33,013 nt of DNA from Craspedostauros australis (lineage: Eukaryota): positions 1-33,013 of the forward strand of contig JALAGF010004691.1 in NCBI GenBank assembly GCA_030167865.1. Reading direction: 5' to 3'. This document shows positions 9,601-19,699 of the stretch, one piece after another (position 1 is the stretch's first letter; every line of letters starts with the position of its first letter). The notes under the pieces were generated by a model. The model was given only the letters and a program-made list of their open reading frames with translations, ran no database searches and was not told the origin of the DNA. Position numbers and translations under genes: made by a program.

Positions 9601-12205
9601 TCAGCCTGGACAGGAGCTCCATCTCCAACGACAGCGTACCGCCGCCTGCGAGCGAGGCGATGGGCGTCTCACCGTCCGGTATCCCCGCGAGCAGATTCAC
9701 CGTGCCGTACGGGATCCCCGTTTTTGTCTTGAAGACCGGGTACAACCGATTGCCGATGTCTTGCGCCAGTCGCAGCAAGTACCCATCGTACCTCCAAAAC
9801 TCCGACGTGACGTTGCGACAGTTCCCATCGCCGTTGCTCCCGCCGTTGCTGTTGCTATTATTGTTGTTGACGAGCCTGGCTTGTTCTTGCTGCTGATGCT
9901 GCTGGTGTTTCTGTATTCGCGTAGGAGCATCGTAGGTTGCCTGGCACTCTTCTGCGCCGCCAGCGGATACGCACTGCTGATCTGCAGCTGGATGGTGCAC
10001 ATCGTGATCAAGTTGTGACGCGGGCGCATTCGCACCATCACAACTTCTGTACGTCGCAGATCCGGCGACGCCAATCAACGCGGCACCATGCTCATCCAGC
10101 ACCTCTGATTCGTGCACCTTGTTGAGCATGTACGCCTCCGCGAGCTGATGCGCTGACAGCAACCCACCCAGGACGCGAATGTTGGTCTCGAAGACGCTGA
10201 CGTTTTGGTTGAACGCGAAGATGCCGCCACGATGGTAAATGCGATCGATCGCCCTGTTGGTTTCTATGTACTGCTGATCCAGCACCTTCAGCCGTTCCAC
10301 GGAACGCGCGAACTCCGTGTAGTTCTGCATGATGATGAGGGTATCCAGCGAATCGATCAATGTCAGCGCTGGCAAGCGGATCAAATCGAACACGGTCGGT
10401 TTGCACGTGATGGGCTTGATTTCGGATCCAGGATACGCATGGTACATGTAATTGTCGTAGGCATGCTCGAACATGTTCTTGACCAGATCTCGATTCGCGT
10501 CGACTCTGGATTGCGGTATTGGTGGCATGCCGATTTGCAACGACGTGATGCGGTCGGGGTGAGACTTCTGATGATGGTCGACCTCGCTTTGGTGCATGTA
10601 GGTGTGCAACGCGTGCTGCATCTTGGTTCGTTCCCTGCCCGAGTCGTCGTCTGATGCTGCGCCTTTGCCTGCACCTGAACTTGTGTCGTCCGTGGACTGT
10701 GGCACCAGACTCTCCGCAATCCGCTGCTGCTCTTGCTCCTGCCGCCTGCGGACCACTTCCTCATCGGTGAGCGTGAAGTCTGTGGGCGGACATATGTGAA
10801 CGATGTACTGGCACGCGTGCGTTTCATCCACGCTCTCGATGCCCGGCAGCTGCAGGGAATCCGCCATCGCTTGCGGGCAGTTGATGGTCGATCCCGGTCG
10901 GTGAAAGATGATGGCGGTTATCCGAGGGATGGACTCCGTCTGATCCCCCAGCTGGCAGACATCGCCGTGCGTGTACATGTCAAGCCGCAGCGCATGGGGG
11001 TATTGGGTCTTCACAATGTTTTGGAAGCTCTGGATGCGCCGGTCGTACTCGTCCGATTGCAGCGATGATTGCGATTGCACGTGCGCACGATATCCAGTGG
11101 ACGCTTGGTGGCCACCACCGTGGCTGGCATCTGTGTCGTCGACGTTAATAGTAGCTGGATCAAGTTGACTTGGAGGCATCCCCAATGTTTGGTGGATCTT
11201 CATGGAAGATGCATCGGGATTGGTGGCTGTCGATGAGCGCACGCCCTGCTGCACAAAGTAATTTGGGCAGTATCGGAAGGTCCAGTAGGCATTCGGCGAT
11301 TCGGAGTAGTAGTAGCAGATGATGCTGTCTCTACCCGCATCCATGGGATCCCTTCGTTGGGCCATGCCGAGTATGGACGACATCGAATGTTGCTGCGCGT
11401 AGCGGAAGGGCAATTCCATGCGCTCCTCCCATGACGCATCGCTGGGATCCAGCAGGTACGACAAGTATGCTTGATCCGATCGTGATAAAGAGCCAGAATC
11501 CGCTGCGCTGGATTCTGATGTTGGTGTCGTTGGTGCCGTGGACGATGACGACGATGACAGTGAATCCGAAGGTGACGATGGCACCGCGTCCAAATCAGCA
11601 TGTTCCATGTAATGTTCATGCAACGACACTTCCAACAGCAAGCGGCGCCGTGTCTGCACACCCTGCCGCGACACATCCGACTGACCGTGGTGCTTGCTGT
11701 ACTGGTAGGAGTAACGGAATATCTTGTGCTGTAGTTGCTGCTGGTGCTGCTGATTCTGTTGCTGCGAAGTGGATGGCTTCGAACCCGGTTTCGGCTTTGC
11801 CTGACCAGACGCATTTGCACCACTTGGGTGTTGCGATTTGGAGGTCGCCGATTTCGGTTTGTAGATCGGCATGTTGACCCCGGCCTGCACCGTCCAATCC
11901 GGTTCTTCGACGGAAGTCCGGGCAGATCCCTTGAAGGAAGACCAGATGGAGTTGAGCAGCTTCTTGGCCGGTCCGGAGCCGACCTTCTGAGACTGGAAGT
12001 TGAAGTTCGTGTCTCCACCGGATGGTTCGTGGGAGGACACGACCTTTTGCACCACGAGCTTGCGCCGCTGCTTGGTGCGCTGCTCTGGCTTTGATGGGTT
12101 GTCTTCGGCAGCATGCACGAGGGGCAACGTCTGCAATGCCGTCAGCGTTGACAGCAAAACGAGCGACAGAAAGAACATCGTCCGCTTGGGCGATCCGGTG
12201 GCCAT
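6656..12205 (-). CDS. EDEM-type GH47 alpha-1,2-mannosidase with N-terminal OS-9-like MRH domain and C-terminal PA domain (frame open to 12619; start uncertain)
   Basis: GH47 motifs MFEHAYDNYM, LTLIDSLDTL, VSVFETNIRVLGGLLSAH, DSFLEYL, RPELLES, FFLSETLKYLYL, FTTEAHP (about 10490-8755). PA motifs PAMFGP and VRRGMCPFQEKA..GLIVVNS. Signal-like MFFLSLVLLSTLTALQTLPLVHA follows Met at 12205/12178. MRH motifs at about 11320-10790. Confidence 0.93.
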   Translation of the reverse strand: MATGSPKRTMFFLSLVLLSTLTALQTLPLVHAAEDNPSKPEQRTKQRRKLVVQKVVSSHEPSGGDTNFNFQSQKVGSGPAKKLLNSIWSSFKGSARTSVEEPDWTVQAGVNMPIYKPKSATSKSQHPSGANASGQAKPKPGSKPSTSQQQNQQHQQQLQHKIFRYSYQYSKHHGQSDVSRQGVQTRRRLLLEVSLHEHYMEHADLDAVPSSPSDSLSSSSSSTAPTTPTSESSAADSGSLSRSDQAYLSYLLDPSDASWEERMELPFRYAQQHSMSSILGMAQRRDPMDAGRDSIICYYYSESPNAYWTFRYCPNYFVQQGVRSSTATNPDASSMKIHQTLGMPPSQLDPATINVDDTDASHGGGHQASTGYRAHVQSQSSLQSDEYDRRIQSFQNIVKTQYPHALRLDMYTHGDVCQLGDQTESIPRITAIIFHRPGSTINCPQAMADSLQLPGIESVDETHACQYIVHICPPTDFTLTDEEVVRRRQEQEQQRIAESLVPQSTDDTSSGAGKGAASDDDSGRERTKMQHALHTYMHQSEVDHHQKSHPDRITSLQIGMPPIPQSRVDANRDLVKNMFEHAYDNYMYHAYPGSEIKPITCKPTVFDLIRLPALTLIDSLDTLIIMQNYTEFARSVERLKVLDQQYIETNRAIDRIYHRGGIFAFNQNVSVFETNIRVLGGLLSAHQLAEAYMLNKVHESEVLDEHGAALIGVAGSATYRSCDGANAPASQLDHDVHHPAADQQCVSAGGAEECQATYDAPTRIQKHQQHQQQEQARLVNNNNSNSNGGSNGDGNCRNVTSEFWRYDGYLLRLAQDIGNRLYPVFKTKTGIPYGTVNLLAGIPDGETPIASLAGGGTLSLEMELLSRLTGNKKYGRAAKLSTRALWMRSSDMNLYGKHICTNRGRWTETLSGIGSNSDSFLEYLIKHHALFHEDADFWPMMYSAYGGVHNNSRLGEWYPDVDMSVGVGSNNYGTRKIFEALMAFYPGMQVLLGELEPAARSLNSYFLAREFLGFLPERFHFAQWKVDGSGGEHFLRPELLESAYFLHRSTKSVAHPNSQSSGWQWASDFALHALEKVTKSKCGYASLKDVAHTTTGASRAFQAFDDVKLKNEMPSFFLSETLKYLYLTFDEDNLLHADTTREWVFTTEAHPIHSVPIPEEQDRKRHMRDLAGRLKAKLRKQTRDDASNTLASSLSLDQEVWADSSSVLKFVTKLQSSLGDMAIPIQGRQQRWLQDQERRLHDEQLRTTAPLPSRHHDWLLQALFAPTQVFDGNDNYAESQNHQNLAHVGFKKRGRNYQPGPVCLNHHSLRLAWMKALHGGSLDYNDFYLSTLTDELGETQTNHVVFGSAESLNLLLGGLYGIASITAPESCPVGASKAQTKSQSQQQTTQPQGKASSTGASDNGINRYDLGAELGSFDVSAFPGGSGFYIQNVASEESVTVSLLDELASDGAPDEHLRYMLIDAKSNRAGGDREEGEEKTHEEAGGGDSATASETATAENDAPQHRTSAISTFEGEVFFCQIELIQKNIWINSGRHHDDIDIDASNGDDGTPNGHDKEKEEVLAVYPCAPAMFGPTKIQQLVEVGEVVLELPLRKPTSGNEYGCVPEHAGDGHGNGIDNDSAPNRPSLLNEPGEAKEPSGSAADSKADQGIKEPESRVGTQDGDHAVIHMVRRGMCPFQEKAANFQQVAGGLIVVNSDADDLFVMSEAVSGSTNANDNEDSDGDGANSAGAPPLPTSVLVTGSDGEDIIRRLNAAAELMQSNANENDPVSLVARISLVQQNASVVRGEKIFHIQSTDHWPVVLASEEAVQVFAKGGWAVHAAKQNEDTTEWQLYLMKHGATSEEGADKD

Positions 12206-13212
12206 CCTCCGTCCTGGTGCGGGCGCAGCCTGGGAGCTTGATGCCGATGAAGGGTGTTGCGAGACGAGCGCGTCCGTTGAGGCCAGAACAGAATTCAGAT
12301 CAATTCCGGTGCCATCGTCCAACGCATGGCGCCCTTCTTCTCGTTGCCTCGCAGGCTCCATCGTTGTTTCGCTCAGTGTCGCCATTTCTCGTCTCATTCG
12401 TTTCGCCAGGAAGACCACGGCAACGACGACGGAGTCTCTGCTGCTGCCTCTCTTGCAGCACAATCGCGGGTGCTGCTCAACCTCCAACTCTGCCTCAGTC
12501 TCTGCTGGATCTCTATTTCTGAATCTCTTCACCTGTTGCCTATCCGTATCCACCTGTCGTCTCCTTCGCGTTGTGCGATGCCCCAGATGATGATAACTCT
12601 CCAAATTGCCTCCTCCCACGAGTACGTACGACTACGAGTATGCTCCTCCACACACTTGGCTGCCGTGAGCGAGAGACATTTATTGACGATGCCGTAGTCG
12701 AAGTTTTCGACTGCCTCCGACCGTGGTCTTTCGCGGCGTGTTTTCGTGTTCTCTCGCTCTCCTCTGCGTCGTTTGTCTCTGTTCGCGGATTGGCGCAAAT
12801 GGTTCCTTTCCGGATGTCTCGTGACTACATATCCGTGACTCAATGGTTGGTCGATTCGCCCCAATCGATTGCTTCGGATAAATTATTGTCTTCATTTATC
12901 CGAAAGCACATGGGATTTGCGGTAAATTATATTGCAACTATAATTAAAGTTCATCGTGTTTTCGGCGACTTCCATCTCATTCATGAGTAGTTTCGTGATC
13001 GGCCACGCGCAATTTTGACAAACAAACCAGGCACGCCATGAAACCAAACAGAGAGAAGCATGTCTCTCGACATCATCACCTTTCACTTGGGGGTGACAGT
13101 TGCTTGAGGAAGTGGTCGCCCTGATAGCCAAGGAGCATTCAAAGTGGAAACGCAGGAAGGCATCACGGAAGTATTATATTCTATAAACAAACCAAGAGCA
13201 AAACAGAGAGAA

Positions 13213-14661
13213 ATGGCGCGCGAAGGCGAAAGGAAGTTCCTGCAGCGTCGGAAGGGAACGTCGTCCAAGTCCGCGGCACGCAAGAGCAGGAGGGCCATGA
13301 TCAGACGAACGCTGTGCCTTTGCTTTACGATGCTGTTCTCCAGCACCGTTGGATTTGCCAGTTACATGCTGTGGTACATGAGTGCTATTCAACGCACTCA
13401 GCACGATCACGTAGACACGCCGGCACAAGTTGCAGAACGGCCAGGTGCGGCGATCCGTTCCCAGAAACACGGCAGCTTCAAGTCTCCGTACAACCCCGCA
13501 ATTACAGATCATGTCGCCGAATCGCCGACGAGCTACGAATCTCCGCTCATCATCTTCACATGCTCGCGTGCCGATTACCTGCGCACCACTTTGCAATTCA
13601 TAGAAAAGGCCCTCATGATGTCCAACGACGACCCCGAAGGCCACATTTGCGTATTCGGCTGTCCCATCGTCATTTCGCAGGATGGGAACAATGCACCCGT
13701 CACGGCGGTCATCAAGGAATTCCAAACGCGATGGGATGATATCAACCTTCCGTTGGTGCATCTAAGACATACGCCGACGGACGTGTCTCGATTGCGAGGC
13801 TTTGCCAAGTCGTACACCGCCTTGGCGCAGCACTATGGATGGGCTTTGAGGAAAGTGTTTGGGGAGCCGATGGCGCTGTCCTCGATATCGTCCTTCCCGG
13901 CGCCGCAGCGATTGATCATCATGGAGGAAGACATACAGGTCGCGCCAGATTTCTTCAGCTACTTCGAGGCCATGGCGCCGATATTGGACAACGACAGATC
14001 GCTGTTTGCCGTGTCTGCTTTCAATGACAATGGACAGCACAAGCCAAAGGCGGATGTTATCACTCCGGACACCACCTCGTGGAGCTCACCGGCCCAGGCG
14101 CACCTGCGCGTCTTGCGTAGCGACTTCTTCCCCGGTCTGGGATGGATGATGACGCGATCCCTGTGGAAGGACGAGCTGGAGTCCAAATGGCCCAAGGCCT
14201 ACTGGGATGATTGGCTGCGGGAACCGGCGCAGCGCATGGGCCGGCAGGTCCTGCGTCCCGAGGTCGGTCGCACCTATCACTTCGGTTCCAAGGGCGGCGC
14301 GAGCAAGAACCAGTTCGGTGCGCTGCTGCAGAACATACAGCTGAACGATCGCATTGTAGACTGGAAGCAGCAGGATCTGTCGTACCTGGATGCCGACGTC
14401 TACAAGGAGATGTACATGAAGCTGGTGATGGATGCGCAGGTGGCACGCACGTCGCCCGAACTCCTAGTGAAGGTCATCTCTGGCAACGTGCGGTTAGAGT
14501 ACAAATCCTTTGGGCATTTCAAGAAGATCGCTTCGAGCATTAATATCATGAACGACGAGAAGGCGGGCATACCGCGAACGGCGTACAATGGGGTGGTGGA
14601 AACGAGGCCGAAAGGCAACCATATCGCCTTTCTGGTGCCGTCGTCGGACGGGCTGATCTAG
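13213..14661 (+). CDS. MGAT1: Alpha-1,3-mannosyl-glycoprotein beta-1,2-N-acetylglucosaminyltransferase I (GnT I, GT13)
   Basis: Type II topology (basic tail, then TM TLCLCFTMLFSSTVGFASYMLWYM). Motifs IVISQDG, HYGWAL, EEDIQVAPDFFSYF, VSAFNDNG, RSDFFPGLGWMM, WPKAYWDDWLR, PRTAYNGVV. First ATG at 13213. Confidence 0.96.
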   Translation: MAREGERKFLQRRKGTSSKSAARKSRRAMIRRTLCLCFTMLFSSTVGFASYMLWYMSAIQRTQHDHVDTPAQVAERPGAAIRSQKHGSFKSPYNPAITDHVAESPTSYESPLIIFTCSRADYLRTTLQFIEKALMMSNDDPEGHICVFGCPIVISQDGNNAPVTAVIKEFQTRWDDINLPLVHLRHTPTDVSRLRGFAKSYTALAQHYGWALRKVFGEPMALSSISSFPAPQRLIIMEEDIQVAPDFFSYFEAMAPILDNDRSLFAVSAFNDNGQHKPKADVITPDTTSWSSPAQAHLRVLRSDFFPGLGWMMTRSLWKDELESKWPKAYWDDWLREPAQRMGRQVLRPEVGRTYHFGSKGGASKNQFGALLQNIQLNDRIVDWKQQDLSYLDADVYKEMYMKLVMDAQVARTSPELLVKVISGNVRLEYKSFGHFKKIASSINIMNDEKAGIPRTAYNGVVETRPKGNHIAFLVPSSDGLI

Positions 14662-15146
14662 ATATACGCGTATGATATAATAGATTCCAGGCTACGAGTA
14701 TGGCGAAGCAAGCAAAGAAGTCGTGCTGTTGTTGTCCTTGTTGCAGCTTCTTGCGGTGATTGAAACGACGACGACGGTGACGATGACGCTGAGAATCGAA
14801 TTGGATCTGAAACGATGCAACAACTCAACAAACGTGTTGTACAAGCGGGTCGCCATCAGAGTAGACCATATTAAAATGAACAAGACGACTTGGGCTTTGA
14901 GATGGTTGTTTCTATTCAGGGAGTGTATGTAATTGCGTACGCAGTTGTTTTGGAGCGGACTTTGTGGAGTAGACTATTCTAAGTTGTTCCGTGTGAAGCA
15001 TCGCAGACGAAGTGCTCACGAGGCTTCCGAATGACGGAGGGTCAAAAAGTTAGCATCCGGTTGTCTCATGCATTGTTCCATGGACTGTATGTCGTGTGGT
15101 TTGGTGCAAGAAGATAAGCAGGTCCGTGGAGCTGCAAGCGTCCCAT

Positions 15147-16727
15147 TTATCCGTAGCACCGGATTGGTGTCTGGTCGCCCTTGCGTGCCGACTGACCTCC
15201 CTTGAGTAGGTATTGCTGATGGTACTCTTCGGCATTGTACATCACTGTTGCTGGCAGCACTTCTGTTTTGCAATCATCGCCGTACGAGCCCACGATGCGT
15301 TCGGCAATTGACCTTTGTTCATCGTTGTGGTAATACACGCCGTGTCTGTACTGAGTGCCTCTGTCGTGGCATTGCATTTATTGGATTGTTGAATTTATAT
15401 TGCATTGATGATGGAGAGAGGTGTTCATCGTGGCATCGCGAAGATGAGGAAAGATGCAGGGTGAGTGAAGCCAATCAGTGTTGGTACGAGTACGAGTACG
15501 AGTATGGTGCAGTGCGTGGCTAAAGAGCACGTCGCGAATACTCCAACTGCTCCATGTCGTGGAACCACGGTCCAGAGCAAAGAAGGAACGAAGGAAGATC
15601 TCAACAAACAAAATCATCTTCGCATAGAGACGCATGCACATCAGTCAGTCACAATGACCACAAAATGGCACGTACTTGTCTTGCTTGACCTGATTCAGCA
15701 GATACTTGTCCTCCCCGAGCCGGTCCAGCATGATGTGAAGCAGCCGATCGTAACTGACGATGGCTGGATCGAACGTGATCATCATGGCCTCGCTGTGCCC
15801 CGTGGCACCCGTGCAGACCTCCTGATACGTGGGTTCGACGGCATGCCCCTGTGTGTAGCCGACCTTCGTTCCGACCACGCCCGGCTCTCTCATGAACTCC
15901 AATTCCACACCCCAAAAGCAACCGCCCGCGACCGTGGCGACCTGGTACTTGGAATCTGCGTTGGCGGTTGGCTTGTACACCAGATCGGCCGGTCCGTCTT
16001 CCGCGCGGATGACTTCAATGTCCGCCATGTACGACGCACCCGCGAGCGGTGGATTTGCATCGATGGTAAAATCGCTGTCCGTGACCTTCGTGACGATGGC
16101 GGAAACGCCGCTCGACATCATGAGCTCCACGCCGACCTTGATGCGCGATGCTTCGATGCTGTTGCCGAGGGATTCGAGGGACATGGTGGCTTGCAATTGG
16201 GGGTTCCATTGACCCCATCCAGCATCCAAACAGACGTCGGTGGCCTTCGCGCCGATGGGCGTCGATGCGACGAGATCATGGAGTCCTGGCAAGTAGTTGC
16301 CTTGTCCTAGCACGAAGCTGATGCGTTGTGGATTGGATTCATCGCCGAAGACGATGCCATCAAACAGTGGTTCCGGAACGAAGTCACCTACCGGTCGCAG
16401 CCGGCAGTCAACCGTGACGATGGATCCCCTGGTTGGACATTGCGAAGAGGGAGACGAAGAAGATGCTGATGATGCTCCAGTTGAGCCGTCTATTTGTTCG
16501 GGTTGCGACAATGAGGAAGAGACGGACAGGACGACCGGCGAGCTACTGCTGCCCCTGCTGCGGCCTGCACGGGATCGTGGCGATCGGAATCCAATTCCGA
16601 ATTTCTCATTCGCGACAGATGCCTTCAATGCAAATGCATCCGCAGAACGGAAACAGCAGGAAGTCATCAACAGGAGACATCCTGCGATTGCCTTTTGCAT
16701 TCCCAGCTTCTTCGTCAGTGTCGTCAT
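15147..16727 (-). CDS. msrA: Plastid-targeted SlyD/FKBP-type PPIase fused to methionine sulfoxide reductase A (exons 16727 or 16700 to 15676, and 15360-15147)
   Basis: Signal peptide ends SADA-FA, followed by an S/R-rich transit peptide. FKBP/SlyD motifs FVLGQGNYLPGL, AGWG, TIDANPPLAG. MsrA motifs GGCFWG, TGHSEA, GTQYRHGVY, AEEYHQQYL, PIRCYG. Splicing gives LNQVKQDKGTQYR. Confidence 0.92.
15361..15675 (-). other. Spliceosomal intron in the MsrA domain (315 nt)
   Basis: Minus-strand donor AA|GTACGT at 15675 and acceptor GACAG|AGGC at 15361. Removal restores the MsrA D-x-G-T-Q-Y-R motif in frame. Confidence 0.85.
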
Positions 16728-18171
16728 CGTTGATGTGATTGATGTGCTTGGTTTTGTTGATGGACTCGATGTTGCAGATATGATTGATTGCCTCCCTCTC
16801 ATCTTCAATTCCTCCATTGCAAATGCTTCTGATTCCGCTTTATGTTGAATTCGCTGGTGTGATCTTCCACTGCCTCTCTCCTTGAGCCTTCCCGCTTGAT
16901 TTTTGATGTGCCTTGATGTGTTTCCGTGATGCTCTCTCCCTTGTTGATGCTTCGTTCCGATGAGATTCTTTGCTTTTCGCGTTTGTTCGTTGTTGTGTGT
17001 GATGACGTGACAGGTTGAATGGAAGATGAGGGGGCGGGAAACAAGGAGGGAAAATGTGAGCGTGGCTGCACGACTGTGCTGTTTTTTCATCGGTGGCATT
17101 ACTTTGTGGAGGCGATTAGGAATCTGGAATTCGGATGGGCATGGAATGTCACAAAATGGGCAATACGATGTTTGATCAAGAGAGTCGAACCGAACCACAC
17201 AGAACGTCGCCAACCAAGAACAAAAATAGCACCAAAGTCTATCACAACGAAGCAAGATCAATGTTCGCATGCGAGAAAACAATACCAAGCGCAATCCAAT
17301 CCATGGTGCGGAGCATCGTACGGTACGCAAGTCTGGAATAGAGGCATCAGGATGTAGAGCAAAGGATACAGACTGCAGAGCATTGAGTGAGGCAGAGTGG
17401 AATGGAGTGGAACTCTCCACCCATAGCTCACACCATTCGCTCCAAGCATTCTCACACTTCAAGAGCATGAAGAACCAAACAGCAGAATGGTAGTCAAGCA
17501 TGGAGTACGTTGGTTTGATGTTGATAGGTCGTACTCGAGCCGCACTTGAATTGCAGTTTTGAAGGAATCGTATGCATTTTTAACAGACAAATGGATTGGA
17601 GGACTCTTGACTTGTGTGCATTGTGGAGGGCACTTAGCAGGTGGTATAGTAGATGGGAGAGCGAGAAAGATCGGTAGAGTTTTGAATTCCAATTCGTCTT
17701 CTGGTTGGAGTTTAGGTGAGACAAAGAGCATACACAAGTCTTCGCGACACTGAAACAGGCTTGATGTGTTGTTGATCACCAAAGCGAAGAGAGACGCTGC
17801 ACCGCGTGCCCTCTCTGTCTTTCTCTCTCCAGAGAGACACAGAGAAGCAATCGGCATGCTCCGCTCTACGGTACATCGCTCCACATGGTAGGTTACAAGG
17901 TGTGAATGGAATTGGTTTACTTCGGTTGATTTGGTTGTGATCACCATTGTGTTGGTGCTGTGAAAGTTGTTTGCTTGCTTACCACAGTCTACCGCCGCAA
18001 CGGGCAGGTGGAGTGTGGCACGTCATGTTCTCAGTATGGCACAATTTGAAATGGGAAGCTTGTTGAAGTTGCAGTTGGTGGTGGTGTTGTGGTTGATTGA
18101 TTGATTTGATGGCTTGTGCACCACAATCGTCAATGGGGTGAAGTGAAGTGGAGTATTCAACAGTGCTCGAT

Positions 18172-18819
18172 TTACTCGTTATTCTTGTCTGTGGCAAGCT
18201 TGATAGCACGGGCGAGCTTGGAGTTCGGTGCCTTGATGACAGTGGCGACCTTGGTTGGGACGGCCTTGACGGCACCGGCGATCTTGGCGTAGAGCTCGTC
18301 CTTGGTTGGGAGCTTGCCAATGGCGGTGACGCCCTCCGTATCGTACGCGTTGCCCTCGAGGACACCTCCGCTGATGCTGTGGGTCTCCACCTTTCCGGAC
18401 TCCTTGAGGAATTCGTTGTAGGTCTTGATGGAAGCGCTGATGTCGTCCTCGATGAAGAACCACATGTTGGCGCCCTTGAGCATGGTGGTGGCTGGCTCGA
18501 ATTCGGTTCCGTCCAGAGCGCGTCCCATGAGGGTGTTCTTGACGACGGCGATGGTGGTGCCCTCCGGCATGGAGCGGCGAAGGCCCTCGGACTCCGCGAC
18601 AGTGAGGGATCCGGCCGGGACGGTGAAGATCATCTGCGAAGTGTCCAGGAGTCCCTTGATGCTCTCAACGCGCTCCTTCTTTCCCTCGATCGATGTGGCG
18701 TACCCACTGGCGCCTCCGAAGAGGCTGGTTGTGGACTGTCTCGTGTGTGGCTGCTGTGGGGCTGTGAATGCAGTGGTGGCGACGATGCCGAGCGGGATGA
18801 GGGACAGTGACTTGACCAT
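18172..18819 (-). CDS. rpl10: Nucleus-encoded plastid 50S ribosomal protein L10
   Basis: Bipartite presequence (IVATTA-FTAP). L10 motifs LTVAESEGLRR, VVKNTLMGRAL, LKGANMWFF, KLPTKDELYAKIAG. Confidence 0.93.
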   Translation of the reverse strand: MVKSLSLIPLGIVATTAFTAPQQPHTRQSTTSLFGGASGYATSIEGKKERVESIKGLLDTSQMIFTVPAGSLTVAESEGLRRSMPEGTTIAVVKNTLMGRALDGTEFEPATTMLKGANMWFFIEDDISASIKTYNEFLKESGKVETHSISGGVLEGNAYDTEGVTAIGKLPTKDELYAKIAGAVKAVPTKVATVIKAPNSKLARAIKLATDKNNE

Positions 18820-18932
18820 GGTTGCTGCTTTGCGTTTAGTTTAGTTTGGCTTTGCTTTGGTTGCAGATGTTGCAGTGGCGTGATGTGTGTTGCTCGGTTT
18901 TGAGAACCTTCGTTGATGGTGATGGCAATGGT

Positions 18933-18956
18933 GATGATGATGATGATGATGATGAT
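18933..18956. repeat. (GAT)8 microsatellite
   Basis: Perfect trinucleotide run about 115 bp upstream of the rpl10 ATG. Confidence 0.9.
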
Positions 18957-19645
18957 GTTGCTTCCGAAGAGGAGGAACAGCAACAGAGAAGAGCGAGATC
19001 GAAACGTCCTCGTCGAGTTGATGGGTCGGCTGCCAAGAGGTGAGTACTTGCACTGGCACTGTTCTTACTCGTGTTGCTGCGGTTACAAAACAACAGCGTC
19101 GATGCTCGACGATTGTTGGCGCCTGATTTTCCGCTTCACATGCTGTTGATGGGTGGCTGTCTGTCCGGCTGTTGGTGGATGTCACAAAGGCACCACAACA
19201 GGTGGTGCACGCAAAGGCGGGGAGGAAAGGAAGAACGGTAATTGCGTCCGCGTCCACTCAGCACCGCGTTCATTTGGGAGGCTGTCGCGCGTTGATGGAT
19301 GACGTACGTCCGTTCTACGGCAACTCAGTACTACTCCACCCAAGCCACACGAACATCGACGGTTCGTGATTTGGAGTTGTCCATGAGTCATACGATACGG
19401 GTGGCGGGCGGACACTATCATGGGATTCGAAAGAACTCATGACTGAATCAAAACGAAGAATCTACCTCTTTGATAATTTCATATCTGATTGTGCGTGTAT
19501 CAACGGGCACCAAATATATCTGATTTCGCCACGATTATTTTAAAAGAGCTAATTGCACAAAGCGCAAACAACAACACGATCCTGGGGACCGTGGAGTTGC
19601 ACCCACAAACAACGAGAGGGCGAACGCAAAGCTGCCCACATTGCT

Positions 19646-19699
19646 TTGCATTGAATGGGATTGCATCGAATGGGATTGCATCGAATTGGATTGCATTGA
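19646..19699. repeat. 15-bp tandem repeat TTGCAT(C/T)GAAT(G/T)GGA, about 3.6 copies
   Basis: Units at 19646, 19661, 19676 and a partial unit at 19691, about 100 bp upstream of the RBBP5 ATG. Confidence 0.9.

Noticed and set aside
12206-12619. 138-aa N-terminal extension of the EDEM-like ORF
   Set aside because: The signal-peptide-like segment starts only after Met 12205/12178. An upstream start giving a type II anchor cannot be excluded, but nothing positively supports it.
15465-16310. Long antisense or alternative-frame ORFs over real genes (also 18148-18810, 9359-10018, 30799-31440, 31525-32211)
   Set aside because: Expected shadows of GC3-biased coding sequence, with no independent motifs.
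16728-17501. First 258 aa of the 618-aa minus ORF
   Set aside because: Non-ATG start and UTR/promoter-like composition; a proper signal peptide with a plastid motif begins only at 16727/16700.
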